DNA of 64,000 nucleotides from Bugula neritina (Eukaryota; Animalia; Bryozoa): assembly GCA_964035545.1 (NCBI GenBank), contig OZ037769.1, positions 3,763,929 through 3,827,928 on the forward strand. The letters run 5' to 3'. The notes beneath the pieces were generated by a model. The model did not search any database and was not told the DNA's origin. It worked only from the letters and a program-made list of their open reading frames with translations. Every line of letters begins with the position of its first letter. The first letter of the stretch is position 1. The translations under genes were made by a program, and so were the position numbers. Shown here one piece after another: positions 13,401 through 25,783 of the stretch.

Positions 13401-14360
13401 AAGAGAACATTTAAAGTTATTCATCTTAGTTTTATTCAACAATTTAAAATTTGAATTAAAGCCATATTTTCAAGCTGAAATTTGTTAGGGCGCTTTCAAA
13501 TTTTCTCAGTGTAGCCCACTGGGCTCATCGATGAATCCGAAAGCGCCCTTAATTGTGAAAATTTGAAAAGTCTCAACAGAGAAAGCAATTTGAGTTTTAA
13601 CATAATTTAATGCTAATTATTTGCTCTAATTTATAAAAAAAATTCAAGTATATATTAGAATAGGTTAAATTGAATTTCAACTGTTTTTAGGCTGTTTTAA
13701 AGATGATTTCTCAATTGAGGCCATGAACGTCTCTGTCTTCATGTCAAATTATGAGTTGTCTCCTACCGAATGTAAGAGGAGATGCAGAGATCAAGGTGAG
13801 AGGATATTACATCATGTTATTCATCATGTGCTTAAAGCATTACTATAATATTTTCGATTACATCAAAAAGTATAACACCAAAAGCTAATAAGGTCTATTT
13901 TAATTCAATACTTATCAACTATAAGTTTGGCCGTAAACGTTTTGCAGTTATATTTTCTGTAACAAGTAAAATTTATGAATTGCTGTTAAAGAAATATACT
14001 TGAACTGCTGGAATAGGTTCAAATAGTCAGCAACGTGTTTTGCATATAGAGCAAGATGTAATTTATAAGCTCAAATATTTACATTAAATCACACTTTTGA
14101 ACAAAGTATTAAAGGCAAGATTTATTACTATAAACAGAATTTATATTATTATAAATAATTATTTTACATTTTTGGCACACTTTTTTGTAGGTTACTTGTT
14201 TGCTGGAATTGGACAACCAAATGGATGTCGTTGCAGTCACGATTTCAACAAATACTATCAGGTTTCGGATTCGGAGTGTGATGAATTGTGTACTTCAGAC
14301 TACGAGAGTACATGTGGTGGTTACAGCACACTGGCAGTGTTCGAGACAGGCTTGAGTTAG
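7482..14360 (+). CDS. Gene A: Pro/Gln-rich + CD225/dispanin + 4x WSC membrane protein, ~629 aa; exons 7482-7955, 8281-8505, 9282-9357, 9761-9883, 10359-10523, 11415-11519, 11890-12054, 12676-12798, 13240-13398, 13691-13795, 14191-14360
   Basis: All introns are GT-AG with compatible phases (0, 0, then all 1); spliced length is 1890 nt with no internal stop. Exon 2 (WMVVGILTAILCCLPLGIAGAVMAFLS...GN...SKALTLTGLGIG) fits the CD225 pattern. Exon pairs give YxGCY/F...C...C..GYxYAGLQ..CYCG...C...C...CGG...NSVY four times. Genes B and C have the same structure. Confidence 0.85.
13488..13548. mobile_element. Tiny PIF/Harbinger-like MITE in gene A intron 9
   Basis: TIRs GGGCGCTTTC / GAAAGCGCCC flanked by TTA on both sides; GC-rich patch not seen in the homologous introns of B and C. 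Confidence 0.5.
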
Positions 14361-17300
14361 GCATCAACTCAGTAAATGCTGTTTTGATAGATGCTGTCTT
14401 GCAATGGTTGCATTTATACAAATTTGGTCCGTAATTGTATTTTTCACCTGTCACTATATTATATTTTTGAAATCAAAAACCATGGATTTATAAAAACATA
14501 GAGTGCTGCCTGGGTTATATATATATTCAAAGGAAACTTTATATATATGTAGTTGTATATATATATTGCATTCAAATGGTATATATATCCACTGTTGTAC
14601 TATATTTTATGGGTTGAAAGGATACATAAAATTGTGCGAATGCTGAAATTTGAAGCCGTTATCTTTTCTACGAACCTTTTTACTCAAAATTAAGCTCGAA
14701 TTGCTTACAAAAATCTTTATGCTTCAGATCATATTTTTTATTTTACACATCTTTAATACTTTTACTAGCGTTCAGATTTTTAAAAATATATTTTGCACAA
14801 TATATAAACTTTTTAAAATAATAATGCCTTGAAATCTCTTAACAAATCTAAAAGATTTACATGTGACACTTTTCTTCAACTGTTAGAATTGTATGCTATA
14901 CAAGAGGTACCTAAATATAGTAGACATAAGTAGAAATAGTATAGAAATCAGGTCACATATGTTCTAATTTTTTACATTAGCTCCGTGTTTCCAATAGCTA
15001 TCGCAAAATAAACACATATGGCTGTAGTCTTCATGCATACACTGGACCATGTGCTTATGTAAGTGCCAGCAACATATGTTATGTTTAAAAGATTGTCAAA
15101 GGCATCGGGCAGCTAATGTGTTTGGTAGTCTTAATCTTTTTGCAATTTATAACTGCATCTTGGGAATAATTTGATTTCTTTTTGTTAGTGCAGAGCAGTT
15201 TACCTGTTTTAAATCATAATGAAAATTGTAAAAATTTCAGCTTTACTGCTAACTTTTAGCAACATCCAATAATATTGCAATATATCTGCAGCTTTGTTTA
15301 AATAAAATCTGTCATTAAAGTATGTAATATCTAGCACCGCAAAGAAATATAAAAACACAATTATAAATTATTGTTTAAATATTATAGTTTATTATTTTTA
15401 TTTTTCTGTAATTATTATACTGATCAGCTATGATCACAATTTTACTCGGAAAGTAGAGAGAGATATTTTCATGGGGATATAACACTTTCCATTGTTTTCA
15501 TAGAATATGTATGGAATTAATCAAAACAATTAAGATAACTCCAAACTGCAATATCTAAAGATTTATTTTTAGAAAACTGCCAACAATCACACATTCTTTG
15601 TTGAATGCAACAATCAAGATAATTGATGACATCACCGATTGTTGTGTACATTTATAAACAGCACTGCAGCTATTAGTCAGGTATTCAAAGTTAATTTTAG
15701 TTCATTCAATATGATTATTATTGAAAGTATAATTGCATCATATTATCTTGCAAGACTAATATCACTTTCATATAATACTTGAAATATACAAAAGCTAGTC
15801 TCTGATAGCAATCAGTTGAAACCCGTGGTAAGTCAAAATCTATCACACATAATTTGAATTTGTTCTTGACACACTCTTGACTTAAAATTGGGCTAAATAG
15901 ATTTTATCTTAAAACATTATGAATAATTGGTTGTAGTTATATAATATTACATACTTTACGCAAATTCACATGCTTATGTTATTTATGAAACTCTTAAACT
16001 TTTGTCTAAATTGTACCAAACTAGTACTTAAACTATTTGATATGTCAATAGCATTATACTTTGATGATCAACAGTTTTGTTTTATGTTGAATATATTGTG
16101 GATTCCCATAAAAAAGTTAAAAAACTAATTTGAACTATATTATACAACTTTTATCAATATTTACTAACAAAGGCAAAATAATATATTGTCTCTGGCTTAA
16201 GCTTTCATATGCAAAATGTTTTAGGCGGTGTTTAAAGAAGAACTTTAGAATAGTACGTGATGATCAGATGAGAAAACAACTATTTTATAGAAAAAGATAA
16301 ATTGAGCTCGGTGTCATCACTGGTCAGTAAGTTGTAATCTATAAAAATGCCTATTGACTCATGTCAATTCATTCATGGCAATTCATTTAAATAAATTTTC
16401 TCTCTGATATTTTTATTAATTATGGTAATATTTGTAGTGATGATAATAAGCAAGTTGGTGAATTTATCGATGAATTTTAAAGATATTTCAACAGCAAAGG
16501 GTATATGGAGATGCTTTTATTAAGATGACAACCATTAGTATAAAGAGTTGAGCCCCTGATGTTGAAATCTGGTTATGGTAACCAACAATTATAAAGAAGG
16601 AAAAGTAATTATTCTGCTGTCTTGTATGTATGTTCATGCAGAAGTTAGTGCAAATCAAATTAAACAGGTTGAACAATTAGATATATTTAATTAACATTGA
16701 ATATGCATTATCTTGTTGCCTGTCAACAATCTTTCACTATTCCGCAGTAATATATATATAATATACTATTCTTTAAAACCTGCTCCACACATTTTCACGC
16801 AAAATATTTCCCTATATGTTTTGCTAAAGGAAAATCTCTATCATGGCTGTAAGAGTGTGCTTTTTTATTCATAAATATATGACATAAGGTTTTTTTATTC
16901 ATTAATTATAGCAAAATGTTAACTAAAAGCCTTTGATGATAATGTTATCAGTTTACAAATAACGTTGAAGTTCATGTGCTGTGGTTAAAAAAATGGTAAT
17001 TTCAAATGCACCAGATATTGTGAAGACCATGTTTGTGGTGAGTTGCAACATCATTTAATACTTAGTCCAAACTAATGATCTTTTAAAATATAGTTTATAA
17101 TTCGAGTGAAAGCTATAAGAAGTTGAAATATATATCCACTGCCATAACTGTTTGATATATATATAGTCATGCAAGTATAGTATACATATTGTATATGCTG
17201 TATAAACAAGAATCAATATATCTGTAAGATCTTATAGTACAGCTAGCTGCTGTAACAATTCTTTGCATAGGATGAGATTCTATTACACTGAGATTTCTAA

Positions 17301-17424
17301 GGTAGCTGCAGAGAATTGATCATTGTTTGAGGAATTATATAAAGATATTGTTTACAGAACATGGAAGCTTCCTAACTATAATGATATAATCTTGTAGTGA
17401 TCTTTCCTTTCCGGTATAGTGTTT

Positions 17425-18840
17425 CAATTACTAGTTTTTTAAACATGTCTGGCATTGAGCCAGGAGTGAATGTGTTACAATCTGATTTGTTTGAGTCTAT
17501 GAATTGTTTGTAATAACTTAAGTAGAATATATCTGGCATTGAACAGAATGTGATGCCATTTCGTATTTCATTGAAGACAGGGCGTACATGAAGTTGGCTA
17601 TCTGACTGGGATCTACAAGGTAGTTGTGTAGCAGTGTTATCAGGTGGGGTGTAGGCTTTGAATTGAGGAGTGGTTATCGAAGTTGTCTTCTTCCAATAAA
17701 TACATTGAGCGATGCAGGAGTAAATGTGTTGCCTGTAAAAGTTAAATTAAATAAAATATTTCATGCATTGAACATAGCTGCTGGTAGTATATTGCGCATG
17801 AGGTGGAATTTTACCACAAAGTTAAGATCTGTAAGGTAGTTGCGTAACACTAAAGTTGAGTTTACACCTTCATGCTACTTTTTTCAGCAGAGGTATAAAC
17901 GAAACTTTATTATAGCCTGCTTGTAAGACTATAAATATTGAAATAATTTGTAGTAAAAAAAGTTTTCTAATTATGCATGCTGCGATAATTTTTTTTTGTT
18001 TAAATGATGTTGTTTGTGCTTTTGGCACTATTTTCATAATATAGAAATAATATGATAAATATATTTATAGCATGAATGCATATATTGCTTAGATATAATT
18101 TAGTTGTACAGGAAGAGTGAATCTATATCAAATACAGAAATCTGCTTTTGGTAGTATTTCAGAGCTTCTTCTCTGAAGGTTGTATAGTAGCAATGCTCTC
18201 TAAAACAAAACTTAATATATACTTAATTGTTTTGCAAAAGTTCAGGAGAATAATTATCTTCTTCTTTTGCAGAGCAGACAACCCTAACTTTATTGTTTTG
18301 TGGGTGTTTGTAAAAAGAGTTCACAGTTTGAATAAAATAAGAGGCTAAATGCTCTTTCTCTTGTTTTATTTTGCAAATATAGTTTTTGGAAGTCATTACA
18401 ATTTATAGTCCTGCAGTAAAAGTGTTGCAATCTGATTTCCTTGTGTCTATATGGAATACTTGTAAAAACTGAGGTAGAATAATTCTGGCTCTGTAGCTCT
18501 TTGGTTCGGTATGATGGAAGCACAAATTTCTGACATTGGGCTGCTGGTGAAAGAAGTGATGTTTGTTGCTGAGGAAGAAGGAATAGTGTTGTTATTTTTT
18601 ATCTTTTTCTTATAGCAGCTGAAATCGGATATGTCTGGCATTGAGCCAAGAGTGAATGTGTTACCATCTGATCTGTTTGAGTCTATGAATTGTTTGTAAA
18701 AACTTAAGTAGAATATATCTGGCATTGAACAGAATGCGATGCTATTGCATATTTCATTGAAGACAGGACGTGTATAAAGTTGGCTATCTGACTGAGATCT
18801 ATAAGGTAGTCGTGTAGCAGTGTTATCAGGTGTATATTGG
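17425..18840 (-). pseudogene. Two degenerate copies of the last exon of orphan gene X
   Basis: The minus strand encodes TTPQFKAYTPPDNTATQLPCRSQSD...SMPDIFYLS (about 17732-17425) and a second copy, ORF 18447-18725 (MPDIFYLSFYKQFIDSNRSD...), both homologous to 33679-34408. Confidence 0.65.
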
Positions 18841-19700
18841 CTTTAATATTTTGACTTTCTGTCCTCTTCCAACAACAGTAATTGTGTTGTATCTAATTTA
18901 CCTGTTTCTATAAACTAGCTATAAAATCTAAAATTTGAAATAAAATGTTTTGAATAAAGACTGAAAGAAAATTTAAAATCAATTAACATACGTCTATTTA
19001 AAATAAAAGTGCCATAAGAGCATAATTCTTCAAAGTTTTTATAGTAATACAAAATATTTTATTTATTTTCATGCGAAGAGGAGTTTTACAAACTAAAAGT
19101 TTTTTAAACTTTTACTCACCAATTGGTCAAAGGATCAAGTTAAGCAGATTTTTTCTTTATTAATTTTCTATTTTAAATACAAACAAAATTTGGCATCAAA
19201 AAACTTCTTTTTTAGCAACAGCACATGAACAACCTATGCATGTTTTTCGATAAGCTGTAATCTGGTAAACTGAAATAGTTTGTCTTATAATTATATTAAT
19301 AATTTTTTCTGCATGTTTTACTAATTCACAAGTTGTCAGACTGATAAACTTTGTGTTTTTATTTAGTTATAAACCATTTTTTGTTTAAATTAATTAATGT
19401 TGTAACGATCAATTTTGTGCAGAAATAAAATTCAATTATAAAGCCAAATTCTTATAGCTTATTTTATTTCTTAAAATCTAACTTAATGGATTATATAGGC
19501 AAGAATGTATAAATACAATAAAATGTTAATAATATACCTATAACTGGAATATAACCAATATAAAGTTACACACTATCTGCATATAACTAACTCTTGACTA
19601 AACACTGGAAATTATACTAAACAGTTTCCAGAAACAATATAATGAATGCCTGAGTGATGCTAAAACTGCATCAAATTGAACATATACTTATGAGGCTATT

Positions 19701-19919
19701 AAGGAGCAGCTGTGGTTTAGGGGTTAAAGCGTTTGCTTAGTAAGCACAAAGGTCATGGGTTCAAGCCCAGACAAATGCCATTGGTGATGTTAGGAAGAGC
19801 ATCCAGTCATAATTGCTCCTGCGCCTCATCTTAATAAGTCCTTAGCCCGTTTTAACAAAAACCCCTTTTATCAGGAGTTTTCTCACAGGGATAAAGATTA
19901 TAAACCTGTGTGAGTTTTT
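19701..19919 (+). mobile_element. tRNA-derived SINE, family 2
   Basis: A box TGGTTTAGGGG, B box GGTTCAAGCCC, body motif GGTGATGTTAGGAAGAGCATCCAG; 13-bp TSD TTATGAGGCTATT at 19688-19700 and 19920-19932; second copy at 25572-25783. Confidence 0.8.
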
Positions 19920-20442
19920 TTATGAGGCTATTTACAGCGCTGTAACATATAGCTATATATTAGCCACATGAACCTCGTTTTTTCAGCAGGTATTTGGAAT
20001 TTGCAGTTTGATCTAACGTAACTTTTAGACAGCAGTTTTATCATTGACTTTTGACGAAACCAATCAATATTTCAGTCTATAACAACTATTATTTATACAA
20101 ATTATATATCAAAAAAAAGCAGTAGGGCTTTGGTAAAATAACCAGTACACCAAAAGAGTATGCTTTGAGACTCCCTGAAGTCATAAATAAATATTCCACA
20201 CTGTTAACAGTTTAATATACTTTTCACTCAACAACCTGGCCTATCGGTATCAATAAATGCTTTTGTAGTCCAATATGAACATGGTAACCGAAACAAAATA
20301 TATACTTGCTGCTAAATATTCATGAACTTGGTTGGCTATAGCTATATTGTTTAAGCGATGTTTTATATAAACATAACACTGAGTGAAACTCTCCTGTTGG
20401 AATAAGCTGCTAACACACAGAAGTAGAGCAAGTTACCTAAAC

Positions 20443-22088
20443 ATGAAGGTCTTGTATTTGCAAACACTTTGCATTTTTGCTTGCATTGCTTCTATCAAAA
20501 CTGAACGAGGTATGTTCAAGAATTTACTATCTTAATCTTCAATCCTTTTTACAAACTTTGACAGCTAACTTGTTAACAAATTATTTAAAATCATTGCCTT
20601 ATTTTGCTATATTTGCTAAATTAAATCATTTGTCTATTCCAGCATATTTCATGCTTAAAGTTACAACTTTGATTACATGTAAACTAAGTTCTACAAGCTT
20701 ATACTTTCATTTTGACAATACTAGTGTTGTTATAATATATTTAATTGTTAATTGTTATAATAATATCACGCTATAAGTGTTTTAAAGAAAAAGCTTGGAA
20801 ACCACAGCTAAAAGATTTAAGAGTGATAATATTTCAGATTAGTGTTGCACAAAATTATAGAAATTTACACGTTTCCAGTTGAAAGCTAATGCTATACATA
20901 TGTATAGTATTGTTTTAAGGTTGGCAAACTGAAATTCAAAAGATTTTTCTGTAACACCATTATAGCAATTTGGCATTTGTTAAACAAATCCGAAGTTGTC
21001 AGCAGTATTACACTTGTTTATGTAAGCAGGCTTGCATAGAGTTTAATGAAATTAATTTAAGACTGAAAACTGCTTATTTTACTTTAAATATAAATGCAAG
21101 GAGGGCAGAGGGGAAAAAATAAACACATTTATCTAGCTTGATTCCTTTCCTAAGTTTTAGCATATGATACAAACTTGATAGGAAAGAGGCTATACAATAT
21201 ATAGAAGCTTTTTACCAGTTTTGTCGTGAGAAGACAATTCCCTACTTATTTTGAAAAGCTCTTATATATACCACATTCTCAGTGTATACATATGAAACAC
21301 ATTATCTAAAAAGAGCAACTTTTTAACTTGCGATTTCATCAGCAAAAGTTGTCACTTGTTTTGAATTTTCTAAAATGTGAATTATAGTGATTGGATACAG
21401 AGGGTGTTATAGAGATGAAAGCAACAGGGATTTACCTTATAAAACTGATTTTACAGACAACTCTGTAAGGAAATGTATTAGCCACTGTCAACAAAATGGT
21501 AAACAATTGCTTTTAATACTATGATATTTCTTACTCTTGAAGTGTCACTAATCTTAGTTTCTACATATGGTGCCTAATACTGCTTATATATATAGTACAA
21601 CTGAGAAAACCTATGGCAGACCTCAACACTGTACAAAACTGTATTAGCTATACTGTCAAACACAAGGTAAACAGCTATTACAGTAGTGTGGCCTTGCTCA
21701 CTCTTGAAGCATCACTAGGATTAGTCTTTATAATAACCTGTTGATTATATTATATAACTGAGAGAGAATATTTATGGCTTACTTCATATAGTATTCATTT
21801 AGGAAGAAAAATTACTTCATAGGCATTTTAAATTATCAGATCTGAAGCTGAATTTAAGTGACAATTTTTTTTAATTTTGTAGGCTATGACTATGCAGGTA
21901 TGCAAAGCTCTAATCAATGTTTTTGTGGAAACCGATATGGCAGATATGGAAGGCTTGATGAGGCAGAGTGCAATAGATCATGCAGGGGTGATTATAGTAG
22001 TGAGATATGTGGGGGTCATTATGCTAATTCTGTGTACGTTGTGCCTAAATGTTCATGCATTGGGTCTCAAAATATTAATGAAAATTAA
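20443..22088 (+). CDS. S1: secreted single-WSC protein, 127 aa; exons 20443-20509, 21388-21498, 21883-22088
   Basis: Signal-like [22 protein letters not shown], then [17 protein letters not shown]...[25 protein letters not shown]...[30 protein letters not shown]; phase-1 GT-AG introns. Confidence 0.88.
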
Positions 22089-23521
22089 TGATCGTTGAAT
22101 ATTTGATTTTGTATAAACACTGCAACAATACCTGATCACAGTTTAAGTAAAATAGTTCATTCGAGAAAAGATATAATGTTTTTATTTTCTAGTTGTACTG
22201 CAATTGTCACTTTTGTTATATTTAGAAACTTGAATAACCAAGAGTTTTAACTAAATTTGCACAATATTTTTATCATTTTACTAGTAGGTTATCTGACTGA
22301 GACCTATAAGGTAGTTGTGTAGCAGTGTTAGCATGCAGGTGGAGTGCATATTATAGGCTTAATTGATATTTTAAATTCTTGTCTTGTTCCAGTAACAGTA
22401 ATTGTATTGCCACTTGGGGCATCTGTTTTTATGATATGCTCGTAAAAATTGAAATAAATTATTTTGGATAAAAGTTTAAAGAAGGGTGAAGTTTAGAATG
22501 TATGAGCATAATAAAACTACCAGCACATATGCATATTTAAAATAAAAGTGTTGAAAGTGAAAATAGTTCTTAAAAGTTTTTGCAGTAATGCAAGAATATT
22601 CCATTAGTTTTGTTGCAAGGAGGGATCTCAAAAACCAGATATTTTTAAACTTTTATTCGATAAAGAAGTACAGTTAATAATTTGAGCAGATTAAACCTGG
22701 TATTCTTATCAGCACAAAGCAATAACTCGTTACTTAGAACACTCCTATTTTTAGTAACAGTGCACGAACAACCAATTTCTTTGATGAGCTTTAATTGCAG
22801 GTAGGTTAATATGGTTTGCTTTTTTGATCAACTACTTCTGTTGTATTTAATGCAGGTTTTTTAACTAATAAATTTAATTTTTTTGATCAATGAATGCTAT
22901 AAAATAAAATTTGTACCCAAAAATAAAAATAAAATATGACGAATGCTTAAATCTTGCTAAAAATGCATCAAAGTGAGCACACATATACTTATGCAAAACT
23001 TATTAACGGTACCATTACATAGCTACTATAGCTTCATGAATTTTGTTTGTTTAGCAAATATATGGAATTTGCAGTTTAATTTAACCTAACATTCAAACAA
23101 CATCTCTATAATTGACTTTTGCTGAAGCAAATCAATATTTCCGACTAAAAAGGCTATAATACAATTCACAGAAGTTATAATATATTAAAAATCTAATACT
23201 AGGATTTGGCAAAGAATCAATTAATAGACTAAAAGAGTTATATGCTTTGAGACTCCCTGAAGTTATGAATTTATACCCATACCTTTGCTATAGCAGTTTA
23301 TTATACCCTTTCACTCAATAACCTCATCTATATGTTCACATGATATTGCAATCTAACCAACCTAGTAACAGAAATGAAAGATATTTGTTAACTATTCATG
23401 AATTCATAAATTAGTCATCACCTTAATCTTTAAAGCAATGTCTTCTATGAACCTGACACTGAATGAAACTCTTCTGTTGGAATCAGCTGCTAACACACAG
23501 AAATAGAACAAGATACCTAAA

Positions 23522-25028
23522 ATGAAGGTCTTGTATTTGCAAACACTTTGCATTCTTGCTTGCATTGCTTCTATCAAAACTGAACGAGGTATGTGTAAAT
23601 ACTGATTTTTAAAACCTAGACTGCATATATGAGAGTCATAAGTTCAAATATTACAAACTTTGTTTGACAGCTAATTTACTAACAACCTATTTAGGGCAAC
23701 TGGGTCAATTTTTTTTATTTGTTAAAATAAATTAGTTTAGTAACTAGCTAAGTAACTTACTAAAAACGTATTAGAGCAGTTGCATCATTTTGCTATTTGC
23801 TAAAATGAGTTTATCTATAATTCTAGCATATTTCTTGCTGCAAAATTACAAATTAGATTATGTGTAAACTTAGTTCAACAACCATATCTTTTATTTAAAT
23901 TATATGAGTGATTATGATGATGATTCAATTCATAGATGATTTATATTAGAAGCATTCTAAAGAAGACAGGAAATTGCAACTAAATTTTTTTAGAACTGCA
24001 TGCTTGAATATATTTCAGGTTTGATGAATTGTTACACGTTGAGATATATGTTTCTAGTTGGTGACGAAAACTGCTTTTATATGCGCTATCAATTGAGTTT
24101 GACAAACGAAAAACAAAAATGTTTTTCCTAATAATGTTTTAGGGATAGCATAATATTATGTTAAGCAAACCAAATTATCAGCACTTTATAACTTGCTTAT
24201 GTACTGTACATGCAGGCTTATATACAGTGTAATATAGTGAATTGAGGATTGAATTTTTTATTTTAAACACAAATGCAAGTAGAGAAAAGTGAAAATAATA
24301 AGAAGCACATTTATCTAGTTTAATTATTGTCTTAGTTTCTAGCACATGATGAATCACTTGATATGAAAGAGGCTGCAATAGGAGCGCTTCACCAGTTTTG
24401 TTATAAGAAGACAACTCCCAATTTCATTTTGCACATTGTCAGCAATTTATCAAAGTATACATGAAACTTATTGCTTAAAATGCACAATATATTGTAGTTT
24501 GTGATTTCATTCGCAAGATATATTATGTTACCGATGTTGATTTGTAACGTAAATTACAGTGATTGGATACAGAGGGTGTTATAGAGATAACAGAAGCAAC
24601 AGGGATTTACCTTATTTTACTGCTTTTGAAGACAACTCTGTAAAGAAATGTATTAGCCACTGTCAAAAACAAGGTACAAAAGCCTTAAAAATAGTTTCTA
24701 TTGCATATAACTGCTTATATCGGGAGTGGGGAAGTCTGCAATTTACTTAACGCAAAATTACAAAGAAAAACTGATTTCATAGACACTTTAAACTTTCAGA
24801 TATGAAGCTAGATTTAAGTGACAGTTATAGTTTTATTTTGTAGGCTATGACTATGCAGGTATGCAATACTCTTCACAATGCTTTTGTGGAAACGGATATG
24901 GTAGATATGGAAGGCTTGAGGAAACAAGTTGCAATAAACCATGCAACGGTAATAGTGATGAAATGTGTGGCGGCTATTTAGCTATTTCAGTGTACGTTGT
25001 ACCCAAATGCTCATGCAACATACCTTAA
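23522..25028 (+). CDS. S2: secreted single-WSC protein, 121 aa; exons 23522-23588, 24560-24673, 24844-25028
   Basis: Paralog of S1 with an intact frame; ends ...[20 protein letters not shown]. Confidence 0.88.
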
Positions 25029-25571
25029 AATATAATTAAAAATTGGTGATCATTTTTCATTTGATTTATATAAATGATGCAATGATACTCGACTACAGTT
25101 CAAATAAAATATTCCATACAAGTTGAACTGAAAAACAAAAACAAGGTATAATCTTATATTCTATAAATAGACTGCAATTTTTCTTATATTTATAAACTTG
25201 AATAACCAAGAGTTTCAAACAAAACCACACAACTGCACGTTCATTTAAATTACACAATATTTTTATTATTTTACTATAGTTGGCTATCTGACTGAGACCT
25301 ATAAGATAGTTGTATAGCTTTGTTATTAGGTGGGGTTTAGGCTTTGAAATTGAATATTCTTGTATGCATGTCTTTTTCCAAAAATTATAATTGTATTGCC
25401 ATCTGTTGTATCTACATGTTTCTATATGAATTGCCTGTAAAAGTTAAAATAAATTATTTTGAATGGAAATTTCAAGAAAGCTGAAGTTTAAAATGAATGA
25501 ACATAGTAAAACTATCATGCAGCATGTTATACTTATTTAAAATAAAAGTGTTAAAAGCATTAGTAATGCAA

Positions 25572-25783
25572 AATCTCACAAAAGTTTATAGGCGCTACCC
25601 CTGTGAGAAAGGGTTGTTTGTTTTATCGGTTAAGGATTTATTCAGATGAGGCACAATAGCAATTATAACTGGATGCTCTTCCTAACATCACCAATAACTT
25701 TTGTCACAGTTCGAACCCATGACTCCGTGCTTAAACTATAGAAAAATGATCTATAACCCTTTATAGACCACGGCTGCTCCCTT
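25572..25783 (-). mobile_element. tRNA-derived SINE, family 2 (second copy)
   Basis: Reverse-complement homolog of 19701-19919; TSD TTAG(T/C)AATGCAA at 25560-25571 and 25784-25795; the paralogous site near 22580 is empty. Confidence 0.75.

Noticed and set aside
15600-17400. Exon-like patches on the + strand, one vaguely WWE-like (KGIWRCFYxDDNHxYKE near 16497)
   Set aside because: Multiple stops and no consistent splice phase; cannot be supported without a profile search.
21886-22098. Recurrent MTMQVC... and MLDYNQ... ORFs conserved between paralogs
   Set aside because: Shifted-frame shadows of WSC exons; their conservation follows from the real frame.
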